Source of the DNA: an uncultured delta proteobacterium | GTDB taxonomy: Bacteria > Desulfobacterota > Binatia > HRBIN30 > BPIQ01 | Length of the DNA: 64,000 nt | Reading direction: 5' to 3' | NCBI GenBank assembly: GCA_963761335.1 | Contig: CAVXGR010000018.1 | Coordinates: forward strand, 96,001-160,000 | Part shown: positions 19,821 through 28,557 of the stretch, piece after piece | Position numbering within the stretch: the first letter of the stretch is position 1 | How the letters are laid out: each line of letters begins with the position of its first letter | The notes under the pieces: generated by a model | What the model was told of the DNA's origin: nothing | Seen by the model: only the letters and a program-made list of their open reading frames with translations | Database searches by the model: none | Made by a program: the position numbers and the translations under genes

Positions 19821-22217
19821 ATGAAGGTCACGGTCAATTGGCTCCGCGAGCTGGTGCCGCTGGATCTCTCCGCCGGCGAGATCGCCGATCGCCTGACGGC
19901 GGCGGGGCTCGAGGTGGAGCGCATCGAGGAACGCGGTCGCGATCTGGACGGCGTGGTGGTGGCCGAGATCGCCCGCGTCGATCCCCATCCGCGTGCCGAG
20001 CGCCTGGTGGTCTGCGAGGTCCGGCTCGGCCCGGGCCCGTCGCAGACCGTTGTCTGCGGAGCCCGCAACATGAAGGCCGGCGACCGCGTGGCGCTGGCGA
20101 CGGTGGGGACGCGGATGGCGGACGGGCGTCTCATCGAGCTCGCCGAGATCCGCGGGGTCCACTCCGCGGGCATGCTGTGCTCGGCGGCGGAGCTGCGGCT
20201 CGGCGAGGCGGCCGAGGGCATCATGATCCTCTCCGGCGCCGCCGAGGTGGGCAAGCCACTGGCGGAGGCCCTGGGAGTGGCCGACACCGTTCTCGAGGTC
20301 GGCGTCACCCCCAACCGCGGCGACTGCCTGAGCGTCCTCGGCATCGCCCGCGAGCTGGCGGCGCTCTTCGGCGTCAAGCTGTCGCGCCAGCGGCCGGCGA
20401 TTCGCGAGAAGGGGACGCCGGTCGCGGATCTGGTCTCGGTGCAGATCGCCGATCCGGATTTGTGCGGGCGCTACGCGGCGCGCGTCATTGCCGAGCTGAG
20501 CGTGGTGCCGTCGCCGCCGTGGATGCAGAGCCGTCTGGAGGCGGTCGGCCTGCGGGCGATCAACAACATCGTCGACGTCACCAACTACGTCATGATCGAG
20601 CGCGGCCAGCCGCTGCACGCCTTCGATCTGGACGCTCTGTCGCCGCGGCAGATCGTCGTGCGCCGCGCCGGGGCGCGCTTCGAGTACGTCACGCTCGACG
20701 GGCTGCCGCGGCAGATCGAGCCGGACGACCTGCTGATCACCACCGGCGAGGAGCCCGTCGCCATCGCCGGCATCATGGGCGGAGCGCGCTCGGGAGTGGT
20801 GCCGCAGACGCGCACGGTGCTCCTCGAGAGCGCCTGGTTCAGCCCGGTGAGCGTGCGCCGCACGGCGCGGCGGCTCGGGCTCTCCTCCGAGTCGGCATAC
20901 CGCTTCGAGCGGCAGGTCGACATCGAGGGTGTGGTCAGCGCTCTCGATCGCGCCGCGCATCTGCTGGCGAGGCACGGCGGCGGCGCGGTCGCCCCCGGGG
21001 TGATCGACGTCTACCCGCGGCCCTATCAGCCGGCGCCGGTGCCGCTGCGCATCCATCGGCTCCAGGAGCTGCTCGGCGTCGAGGTCGAGCGCACCGCGGT
21101 GACCAATACTCTGAAGAGCCTCGGCGCCGCCGTGACCACCGGCCCTCGCGGCGCCCTCTCCGTGGTGCCGCCCTCGCATCGCTCGGATCTGACCCGCGAG
21201 GTGGATCTGGTCGAGGAGGTGGCGCGGCTCATCGGCTACCATCAGATCCCGGCGACGCTGCCGGTAGGCAACCTCACCGCCGGCGAGGAGAGCGCCGGCC
21301 GCGCCGAGCTGCGCCAGCTGCGCACCGTTCTCGCCGCGCAGGGGTGGTCCGAGGTGATCTCCATGAGCTTCACCTCGCCGCGGGTCAACCAGCGCTTTCC
21401 GGGGCTGGTGCCGCCGGGCGTCGTCCCCGTGCCGTTGCTCAATCCCATGTCGCAGGAGGAGGGCGAGATGCGCCTCAGCCTCCTCGGCGGTCTGCTCGAG
21501 GCGCTGCGGCTGAACCTCAATCAGGGCGAGCGCGGCGCGGCACTATACGCCATCGGCAAGGCCTTCTGGCGCGGCGACAGAGGCTACGGCGAGGGGGCTC
21601 GTATCGCCGGCGTGCTGCAGGGGCCGGTGCCGCGACGCGGTCTCGGCTCCCAGCCGGACAGCGATTTCGCCGACTTGAAGGGAGTCGTCGAGACCATCCT
21701 GGCGCGCTTCGCGCTCGAGGTCGCCTGGGAGCGGCGGGATCTCTCACCCAGCCTGCATCCGGGGATGTCGGCGCGGATCGGCGCTGGCGACGGCTCGGCA
21801 GTCGGCTTCGCCGGCGCTCTGCACCCGCGCCTCCTCGCCGACCTGGGAGTGTCGCCGCCGGGCTGGGTGTTCGAGCTTGACGCCGATATCCTGCTTCAGT
21901 ATCCTCGCCGCCGTCTTTTTCGAGAACTGGCGAGATTTCCAGCAGTTGGACGTGATCTGGCGATCGTGACCGAAGTGGATTTCAGCGCTTCCGAAGTGGA
22001 GCGGTTCGTGCGCGGCTGGGGCTGCGAATGGATCGAGTCGGTGCAGCTCTTCGACCAGTACGAAGGGGCGTCCATTCCTGCCGGCAAGAAGAGCCTGGCC
22101 TACGCCATCACCTATCGCGCCGCCGATCGCACCCTGACTGACGAGGAAGTGAATGCCGTTCACGAAAGATTGATCGCAGATTTGACCAGTGGGCTCGGAG
22201 TGGAGTTGCGACAGTAG
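19821..22217 (+). CDS. pheT: Phenylalanine--tRNA ligase beta subunit
   Basis: MKVTVNWLREL, TPNRGDCLS, INNIVDVTNYVM, KKSLAYAITYR...RTLTDEEV. Confidence 0.97.
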   Translation: MKVTVNWLRELVPLDLSAGEIADRLTAAGLEVERIEERGRDLDGVVVAEIARVDPHPRAERLVVCEVRLGPGPSQTVVCGARNMKAGDRVALATVGTRMADGRLIELAEIRGVHSAGMLCSAAELRLGEAAEGIMILSGAAEVGKPLAEALGVADTVLEVGVTPNRGDCLSVLGIARELAALFGVKLSRQRPAIREKGTPVADLVSVQIADPDLCGRYAARVIAELSVVPSPPWMQSRLEAVGLRAINNIVDVTNYVMIERGQPLHAFDLDALSPRQIVVRRAGARFEYVTLDGLPRQIEPDDLLITTGEEPVAIAGIMGGARSGVVPQTRTVLLESAWFSPVSVRRTARRLGLSSESAYRFERQVDIEGVVSALDRAAHLLARHGGGAVAPGVIDVYPRPYQPAPVPLRIHRLQELLGVEVERTAVTNTLKSLGAAVTTGPRGALSVVPPSHRSDLTREVDLVEEVARLIGYHQIPATLPVGNLTAGEESAGRAELRQLRTVLAAQGWSEVISMSFTSPRVNQRFPGLVPPGVVPVPLLNPMSQEEGEMRLSLLGGLLEALRLNLNQGERGAALYAIGKAFWRGDRGYGEGARIAGVLQGPVPRRGLGSQPDSDFADLKGVVETILARFALEVAWERRDLSPSLHPGMSARIGAGDGSAVGFAGALHPRLLADLGVSPPGWVFELDADILLQYPRRRLFRELARFPAVGRDLAIVTEVDFSASEVERFVRGWGCEWIESVQLFDQYEGASIPAGKKSLAYAITYRAADRTLTDEEVNAVHERLIADLTSGLGVELRQ

Positions 22218-22253
22218 CGTTTACGGACCAGCAGACAAGCACGGAGCGGAGGG

Positions 22254-22553
22254 ATGCCTGTGACAATGACGAAGGGCGACATCGTCGAGCGCATCTATGA
22301 GAAGGTGGGTTTCTCGAAGAAGGAGGCCAGCGAGGTGGTCGACAGTATCTTCGAGGTCATCAAGGGCCATCTCGAGCAGGGCGCCAAGGTCAAGATCTCC
22401 GGCTTCGGCAACTTCGTGGTCAACGAGAAGCGCCCGCGCAAGGGGCGCAATCCGCAGACGGGAGAGGAGATCGTCATCAGCGGTCGCAAGGTGCTGAGCT
22501 TCAAGGCCAGCCCGGTGCTGAAGAAGACGATGAACGGAAACGGCGGGGCCTGA
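22254..22553 (+). CDS. ihfA: Integration host factor alpha
   Basis: [31 protein letters not shown]; position after pheT. Confidence 0.93.
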   Translation: MPVTMTKGDIVERIYEKVGFSKKEASEVVDSIFEVIKGHLEQGAKVKISGFGNFVVNEKRPRKGRNPQTGEEIVISGRKVLSFKASPVLKKTMNGNGGA

Positions 22554-22954
22554 TGGCCCGGGCGAGGGAGGCGAAGAGCTCCATCCCCGACAAGCTGTAC
22601 TTCAAGATCGGCGAGGCAGCGAAAATCGTGGGCGTGGAGCCCTATGTGCTTCGCTACTGGGAGACCGAGTTCCCGCTTCTCAAGCCCACCAAGACCCGCT
22701 CCCGACACCGCCTCTATCGCCGCCGCGACGTCGAGACCCTGCTCGAGATCAAGCGCCTGCTGCACGACGAGCGCTTCACCATCGAGGGAGCCCGCAAGCG
22801 CCTCAAGGCCGACGGCCGCAGCGCCAAGGGCCCGCGCCCCGCGAACGGTGGGGAAGCGCAGCTGCCACTCCCTCTGTCCGAGCAGCGATACCGCAGCCTC
22901 CTCGGCCGCGTGAAAAAGGATCTGGAGGACCTGCGCCAGATCCTGAACGACTGA
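22553..22954 (+). CDS. MerR family regulator (ihfA-associated)
   Basis: [31 protein letters not shown]...[10 protein letters not shown]. Confidence 0.92.
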   Translation: MARAREAKSSIPDKLYFKIGEAAKIVGVEPYVLRYWETEFPLLKPTKTRSRHRLYRRRDVETLLEIKRLLHDERFTIEGARKRLKADGRSAKGPRPANGGEAQLPLPLSEQRYRSLLGRVKKDLEDLRQILND

Positions 22955-22969
22955 CCCGCCGACCCACTC

Positions 22970-23026
22970 TTCTCCATTCTCATCCCCGGTTCTCATTTTT
23001 CATTCCGTCGTTTTCCATTTCTCTGA
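22970..23026. repeat. Single arm of MITE-like repeat family
   Basis: ttctccattctcatccccggttctcatttttcattccgtcgttttccatt, homologous to 27365-27396. Confidence 0.7.
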
Positions 23027-23159
23027 TGCTTCGAAATACATCGGGTCCGATCCGCGGAACCACCCCGATGACATCGGTCGCCTCAACGAGTTGGACAGCG
23101 CGGCCGGTGTGACGTAGAGATTCGCCTGCCGCGGCCCTGACGCAGCCAGGAGACCCTCA

Positions 23160-24323
23160 ATGGAAACTGCAGATCCGAAAGAGCTGGGATTCGCCCCCGA
23201 CCGCCTGGCGCGGCTGTCGCCGGTCATCCAGCGCGATATCGACGCGGAGCGCTACGACGGCTGCGAGCTCGTCGTCGGCCGGCACGGCAAGGTGGCCTTC
23301 CACGAGTGCTTCGGTTACGCCGAGCGCGTCTCGGGTCGTCCCGTCGAGAAGGACCAGGTCTTCGTCTCCATGTCCGTCGGCAAGCAGCTCACCGTGGCGC
23401 TGGTGCTCAATCGCATCGAGCGCGGCGACTTCGCCTTCACCACCCGCGTCGCCGACGTCATCCCCGAGTTCGGCTGCCGCGGCAAGGAGGCGATCACCGT
23501 CGCCCATCTGCTGACGCACACCAGCGGCCTGCCGATGCTGCTTCCCCCGATGCCTCCCGAGCTCGCCGGCAGCCTCGAGGCGGTCGTCGCCGCCACCTCC
23601 GCCTGCCTGCTCGAATCGCAGCCGGGCTCGCGGGTGATGTACGCCGTCCTCGTTGCCCATGCGGTTCTCGCCGAGATGGTGCGTCGCCTCGACGGCGGCA
23701 AACGACCCTATCGGCAGATCCTCGCCGAGGATCTCTTCGCCCCTCTCGGCATGCTGAATACCTCGCTCGGCGTTCGGCCCGACCTCGCCCAGCGGCTGGC
23801 GCCGGTGGTGGTGCGCGACCGGCGTCCCGGCCTCCTCGACGCGGACTTTCTGGAGATGATGGGACAGATCCTCGCCGAGGACACCGAGATCCCGGCCGGC
23901 GGCTACCTTTCCACCGCGCCCGACCTGCACCGCTTCGCCGAGATGCTGCGCCGGGGCGGCGAGCTGAACGGCCATCGCCTTCTGTCCCCGGCGATGGTGC
24001 AGGCGGTGCAGGTCAACCGCACCGGAGAGAAGCCCAACAGCCTTTGGGATTACACCCAGTCGACGCGCAACTGGGCCCTATTCCCCGCCAACCTCGGTCT
24101 CGGATTCTTCCTCCGCGGCGAGGGCATGCACCCGACGCCGTTCGGCACGCTGGCTTCCCCCCGCACCTTCGGCGGCTTCGGCGCCGGCTCGACGGCCTTC
24201 TGGGTCGACCCGGTGCGCGATGTTTCCTACGCCTTCATGTCGAGCGGTCTGATGGAGGAGTCGTACAGCCTCGAGCGCCATCAGAAGCTCGCCGACATCG
24301 TGCACTCGGCGATCGTCGCGTGA
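23160..24323 (+). CDS. Serine hydrolase (beta-lactamase/family VIII esterase fold)
   Basis: SxxK (SVGK), HLLTHTSGL, GGYLSTAPDLHRFAEML, FWVDP. Confidence 0.9.
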   Translation: METADPKELGFAPDRLARLSPVIQRDIDAERYDGCELVVGRHGKVAFHECFGYAERVSGRPVEKDQVFVSMSVGKQLTVALVLNRIERGDFAFTTRVADVIPEFGCRGKEAITVAHLLTHTSGLPMLLPPMPPELAGSLEAVVAATSACLLESQPGSRVMYAVLVAHAVLAEMVRRLDGGKRPYRQILAEDLFAPLGMLNTSLGVRPDLAQRLAPVVVRDRRPGLLDADFLEMMGQILAEDTEIPAGGYLSTAPDLHRFAEMLRRGGELNGHRLLSPAMVQAVQVNRTGEKPNSLWDYTQSTRNWALFPANLGLGFFLRGEGMHPTPFGTLASPRTFGGFGAGSTAFWVDPVRDVSYAFMSSGLMEESYSLERHQKLADIVHSAIVA

Positions 24324-24338
24324 GAGGGACTACTCTAG

Positions 24339-25175
24339 GTGGCGGCGGCGACTGAAACGCGAGCCGATGGTCCGGGCGGGCGGGCTCTCTCAGCCCGTCT
24401 CGAGCCCTTCGACAGTCTTCCCTGCGGCTACGTCACCGCCGACCTCGACGACGGCTACGGCCCTCATGGCCGCTATCTCGCGGCCAACTACCTTCCTCTG
24501 GCACCGCCCGAGCGAGACGCCCGCATTCTCTGCGTCAGCTGCGGGCCGGGCTACTTCGTCAAGCAGCTCATCGACGCGGGCTACTCCAACGTCCTCGGAA
24601 TCGACTCGAGCGCGGCATACGTGGAGCACGCCAGGCGCCGCGGCCTTCCCTGCGAGCAGGCCCATGCCTTTCCCTTCCTCGAGGGTGGCGGCGAGAGCTT
24701 CGATTTCATCTGGTGCGGGAACGAGGTCAACCATCTCACCCAGGAAGAGCTGATCGAGTTCCTGCGGCTCGCCGGCGCGCGCCTTCGCCCGGGCGGGCGG
24801 GTGTGTGTGAACTCGCAGAACGGCGCGAACCCGGTCACCGGCATCGACGGCCTCTCGCACAACCTCGACCACAGCGCCGTCTACACCGAGTACTCGCTGC
24901 GGCAGGTCCTCCAGTACACGGGCTTCGAGGACGTCCACATCCTTCCGGTACGGCTTTACGTTTTCTACCGCAACCCCCTGAACTACCTCGGCATGGCCGT
25001 GGATCTCGCCCTGACTCTCGTCTTCCGGCTCCTGTTTCGCTTCTACGGGAAGACCAATCGAATCTTCACGAAGAAGATCGCCGGAGTCGGCCGGCGGCCG
25101 GCCGCGGAAGCAGGAGCCGGGCCCCAGAAGGTGAATGCGTTGCCGCACGACAGGGGGAGGGCATCTTCTCCTTGA
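24339..25175 (+). CDS. Class I SAM-dependent methyltransferase
   Basis: ILCVSCGPGYFV, VLGIDSS, FDFI...NHL, RLRPGGRV. Confidence 0.8.
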   Translation: MAAATETRADGPGGRALSARLEPFDSLPCGYVTADLDDGYGPHGRYLAANYLPLAPPERDARILCVSCGPGYFVKQLIDAGYSNVLGIDSSAAYVEHARRRGLPCEQAHAFPFLEGGGESFDFIWCGNEVNHLTQEELIEFLRLAGARLRPGGRVCVNSQNGANPVTGIDGLSHNLDHSAVYTEYSLRQVLQYTGFEDVHILPVRLYVFYRNPLNYLGMAVDLALTLVFRLLFRFYGKTNRIFTKKIAGVGRRPAAEAGAGPQKVNALPHDRGRASSP

Positions 25176-25312
25176 GGTTAGACGTCATCGCCCCCGTAGG
25201 GCCGTCGGGATGTAGCCCCGGTGCCCGCGCCCCTGGGGCGGGGCGCAACGGGGAAGGGCGACGCCGTTCCCCGGCTTGCAGAGTCTGTCACAAGACCCCT
25301 TCAAGACGACTC

Positions 25313-25381
25313 CCGCCGGCTCGCGGGCCGAGTAGAAGCGGCGTCTCGCCGCTTCGGAAAGCGCCGGGACGGCGCTTCTAC
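25313..25381. repeat. GTAG-type REP doublet (REPIN-like)
   Basis: GTAG AAGCGGCG TCT CGCCGCTT CGGA AAGCGCCG GGA CGGCGCTT CTAC (25332-25381). Confidence 0.75.
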
Positions 25382-25571
25382 TTTGGTTTTGAGACAGACT
25401 CTGCACCCGGGGCCACACGCCCGCGCCGCTCCGCGGCGTGATCCCCGAGGCGCCCGCAATTTCGCTGGGGGATCCCGAAGCCGGCCGCAGTCCACGCCGC
25501 ATCCGGTGCCGCCGTTGACCGCGTGTTGAACGGCCACAGGGGGCGTGGTACGAGGGACGCCGACTCTCTGT

Positions 25572-25645
25572 CGGGGCGTAGCGCAGCCTGGTAGCGCACC
25601 TGCTTGGGGTGCAGGGGGTCGTGGGTTCAAATCCCGCCGCCCCGA
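25572..25645 (+). tRNA. tRNA-Pro(GGG), CCA not encoded
   Basis: CGGGGCG/CGCCCCG acceptor stem, CCTGC-TTGGGGT-GCAGG anticodon arm, GGTTCAAATCC. Confidence 0.97.
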
Positions 25646-25755
25646 TTCCTTTTGCTGCACGGTCCGTCGACTTCTGGCGACCGTGCCTCGTCATCTGCTC
25701 GCAGCTCGCCCCCCGTTCCTCGACGGGGCCGCGCCGTCTGTGATACTTTGCCTGC

Positions 25756-26508
25756 GTGCGCCTGTTGTTGAGCAACGATGATGGGATCTCTTCGGACGGG
25801 TTGGGGGCGCTGGAGGAGGAGCTGGCGGCGCTGGGGGACGTCTATGTGGTCGCCCCGGATCGGGAGCAGAGCGCCGCGAGCCACGCGCTGACGCTGTACC
25901 GGCCGCTGCGCGTCCAGGAGATGGGTGAGCGGCGCTGGGCGGTGGATGGCACGCCGACCGATTGCGTCAACCTGGCGGTCAACGGCATCCTGCGCGAGTG
26001 CCGCCCCGACTTCGTCATCTCCGGCATCAACCGCGGCAGCAATCTCGGCGACGACATCACCTATTCCGGGACGGTCTCGGCCGCCATGGAGGGAACCCTC
26101 CTCGGCATTCCCGCGGTGGCCGTATCGCTCGCCGGGCGCGAGCGCTTCGACTTCAAGCCGGCTGCCACCTTCGTCGGCGAGCTGCTGCGCGCCCTCGGGG
26201 GCCGAGCGCTGCCGCGCAACACCCTGCTCAACGTCAACGTGCCGCCGCTGCCGCGCGAGCTGATCAAGGGGGTGCGGCTGACGCGCATGGGCAAGCGCCG
26301 CTTCGACGATGCCATCGTCGAGAAGCTCGATCCGCGCGGCAAGAAGTACTACTGGATCGGTGGCGGCGATCCGGGCTTCGTCGAGGACGAGGGCACCGAC
26401 TTCGCCGCCATGGCGCTCGACATGATCTCGATCACGCCGATTCACCTCGACCTCACCAACTACTCCTGCTTCGACGAGCTGTCGAAGCTGAAGCTCGACT
26501 GGCGATGA
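25756..26508 (+). CDS. surE: 5'/3'-nucleotidase SurE
   Basis: LLSNDDGI, VVAPDREQSA.SH, DGTPTDCV, SGINRGSNLGDDITYSGTVSAAMEG. Confidence 0.97.
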   Translation: MRLLLSNDDGISSDGLGALEEELAALGDVYVVAPDREQSAASHALTLYRPLRVQEMGERRWAVDGTPTDCVNLAVNGILRECRPDFVISGINRGSNLGDDITYSGTVSAAMEGTLLGIPAVAVSLAGRERFDFKPAATFVGELLRALGGRALPRNTLLNVNVPPLPRELIKGVRLTRMGKRRFDDAIVEKLDPRGKKYYWIGGGDPGFVEDEGTDFAAMALDMISITPIHLDLTNYSCFDELSKLKLDWR

Positions 26509-26512
26509 CGGG

Positions 26513-27337
26513 GTGAGCGGCGGCGAGGGTGCGGCGGTGGAGGGAGGCGGCACGGCGAAAGCAGAAGCGGCGTCCCGCCGCTTTGCAGGGGCGGGCGCCA
26601 GGAGGACGGAGATCGCGGCTGTGGCGCTCGCCTGCGCGCTGCTCCTGCCGGCGTGCGGCGGCCACAAGCGCAGCAAGCCGTCGGCGCCGTCTTCCGGCGT
26701 CTACCACACCGTGCGCGCCGGCGAGACCCTCTACCGCATCGGCAAGGCGTACGGCGTCTCTTACAGCCGCATCGCCAAGGCGAACCGGCTCGCCGACGCC
26801 TCGCACATCTTCGTCGGCCAGCGGTTGATCATCCCCGGTGCCGATCGGCCCGTGCCGGTGGACGCGGTGGCGCCGCGCGACGTGCATCCCGTGCCGGCGC
26901 CGGCCCCGCAGGAGCAGCCGGCGGCAGAGCGGCCGGACCGCTCCTTCTCCTGGCCCATTCAGGCGCCGATCGTCACCTCCGCCTTTGGCCCGCGCGGCCG
27001 CAGCTTCCACGACGGCATCGACATCGGTGCCGACGCCGGCACCGCGGTGCTGGCCGCCGCCGACGGCGAGGTCGTCTACGCCGACGAGCTGCGCGGCTAC
27101 GGCCGGGTCATCATTCTCCGCCACCAGGGCGGCTACGCCACGGTATACGCTCACAATCGCGAGAACCTGGTGAAGGAGGGGGACAAGGTCCGCTGTGGCC
27201 AGCGCATCGCCACGGTTGGCGAGAGCGGCCGCACCACCGCCCCCAACCTGCACTTCGAGGTGCGCCGCCAGAACATCGCCCAGGACCCGCTCGCCTACCT
27301 GCCGCGCGTGGATCTGCAGACCGCCGCGCACCGGTGA
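26513..27337 (+). CDS. LysM + M23 peptidase lipoprotein (NlpD-like; start uncertain)
   Basis: Lipobox LPAC, LysM HTVRAGETLYRIGKAYG, M23 HDGID, YAHN, LHFEVR; follows surE. Confidence 0.9.
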   Translation: MSGGEGAAVEGGGTAKAEAASRRFAGAGARRTEIAAVALACALLLPACGGHKRSKPSAPSSGVYHTVRAGETLYRIGKAYGVSYSRIAKANRLADASHIFVGQRLIIPGADRPVPVDAVAPRDVHPVPAPAPQEQPAAERPDRSFSWPIQAPIVTSAFGPRGRSFHDGIDIGADAGTAVLAAADGEVVYADELRGYGRVIILRHQGGYATVYAHNRENLVKEGDKVRCGQRIATVGESGRTTAPNLHFEVRRQNIAQDPLAYLPRVDLQTAAHR

Positions 27338-27364
27338 GGGGGGACGGGGCCCCCTCTGCTCCCG

Positions 27365-27503
27365 TTCTCATTCCCGGTTCTCATCCCGTCGTTTTCAATT
27401 GTTCTGAGGGCTGCGCGCAGGCCAGATCGGTCGGGGGTATGCCGCGACTGTCAGAGCAAATGGAAAACGACGGGATGAGAACCGGGAATGAGAATGGAGA
27501 ATG
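27365..27503. repeat. MITE-like element with perfect 32-bp terminal inverted repeats
   Basis: TTCTCATTCCCGGTTCTCATCCCGTCGTTTTC (27365-27396) and its exact reverse complement (27463-27494). Confidence 0.8.
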
Positions 27504-27556
27504 ACGAGCCCCTTGGAAGCCTCGCCCTCGCATTCGCGATCTGGTAGACGGCGGCC

Positions 27557-28093
27557 ATGAACGATGTGAGCCTCGAGGGTCTCCGCCGCCTCATCCGCGA
27601 CATTCCCGATTTTCCCAAGCCGGGGATCGTCTTCAAGGACATCACCCCACTCGTGGCTGACGGCCAGGCGCTGCGCTCTGCCGTCGACGCCATCGCCGAT
27701 CGCTACCGGGGGCGCATCGACACCGTGCTCGGTATCGAATCGCGCGGCTTCATCCTCGGCGCCGCCGTCGCCTACGCCCTCGGCGTCGGCCTGGCGGTGG
27801 TGCGCAAGCCCGGCAAGCTGCCGTACAAGAAGCTCGCCGCCGCCTACGAGCTGGAGTACGGCACCGACACCCTGGAGATCCACAACGACGCCTTCGGGCA
27901 TCCCTGCCGGGTCCTCGTCGTCGACGACCTGCTCGCCACCGGCGGTACCGCCGGGGCGGCGATCGACCTGGTGCGCCAGCTGGGCGGCGAGGTGATCGAG
28001 TGCGCCTTTCTCGTCGAGCTCGATTTCCTCGCCGGCCGGGAGCGCCTGAAACCCGTGGAGAGCTTCGCGCTCATTCACTACGACGGCGAGTGA
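27557..28093 (+). CDS. apt: Adenine phosphoribosyltransferase
   Basis: IPDFPKPGIVFKDITP, GIESRGF, VRKPGKLP, VDDLLATGGT. Confidence 0.97.
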   Translation: MNDVSLEGLRRLIRDIPDFPKPGIVFKDITPLVADGQALRSAVDAIADRYRGRIDTVLGIESRGFILGAAVAYALGVGLAVVRKPGKLPYKKLAAAYELEYGTDTLEIHNDAFGHPCRVLVVDDLLATGGTAGAAIDLVRQLGGEVIECAFLVELDFLAGRERLKPVESFALIHYDGE

Positions 28094-28125
28094 ATCGACC
28101 CCGCGCCGGGGCTACACTCGTCTTC

Positions 28126-28557
28126 ATGGAGACGCTGTACACGGAGGTCGAGCACACTGCCGATCTGGCGATTCTCGTCGAGGCCGACTCGCTGCGCGAG
28201 CTCTATCGGCGCGCCGCACTGGCGCTGTTCGCCCTTCTGGTGGAGGGGGGCGACGTGCATGCAGGCGAGCGCCGTCACCTCACCGTTGACGGCCGCGACC
28301 GGGAGGACCTCATGCACGAGCTCCTCTCCCGCCTTCTGTCCGACTTCTACGCGGACGATTTCATCGCCGCCTCCATCGCGGTGACCCACGTCGACGACCG
28401 CCACCTCGAGGCCGATCTCGAAGGGGAGTGCTTCGACCGGCGCCGCCATGTTTCGCTCCGCGAGATCAAGGCGGTGACCTATCACGGGCTGGAGATCCGC
28501 GGTGCCGATGAGTCCGGGCCGCGGCTCTGGCAGGCACGGGTGACCTTCGATGTCTGA
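28126..28557 (+). CDS. Archease
   Basis: EHTADL at N-terminus, EIKAVTYHGLEI...VTFDV at C-terminus; overlaps rtcB start. Confidence 0.92.
   Translation: METLYTEVEHTADLAILVEADSLRELYRRAALALFALLVEGGDVHAGERRHLTVDGRDREDLMHELLSRLLSDFYADDFIAASIAVTHVDDRHLEADLEGECFDRRRHVSLREIKAVTYHGLEIRGADESGPRLWQARVTFDV

Noticed and set aside
23160..24323. Antibiotic-resistance beta-lactamase
   Set aside because: No signal peptide and no KTG motif; fits a cytoplasmic esterase-type serine hydrolase
25572..25760. Prophage or island integration at tRNA-Pro or tRNA-Val
   Set aside because: No integrase next to either tRNA and no duplicated tRNA 3' end noticed; housekeeping genes follow directly
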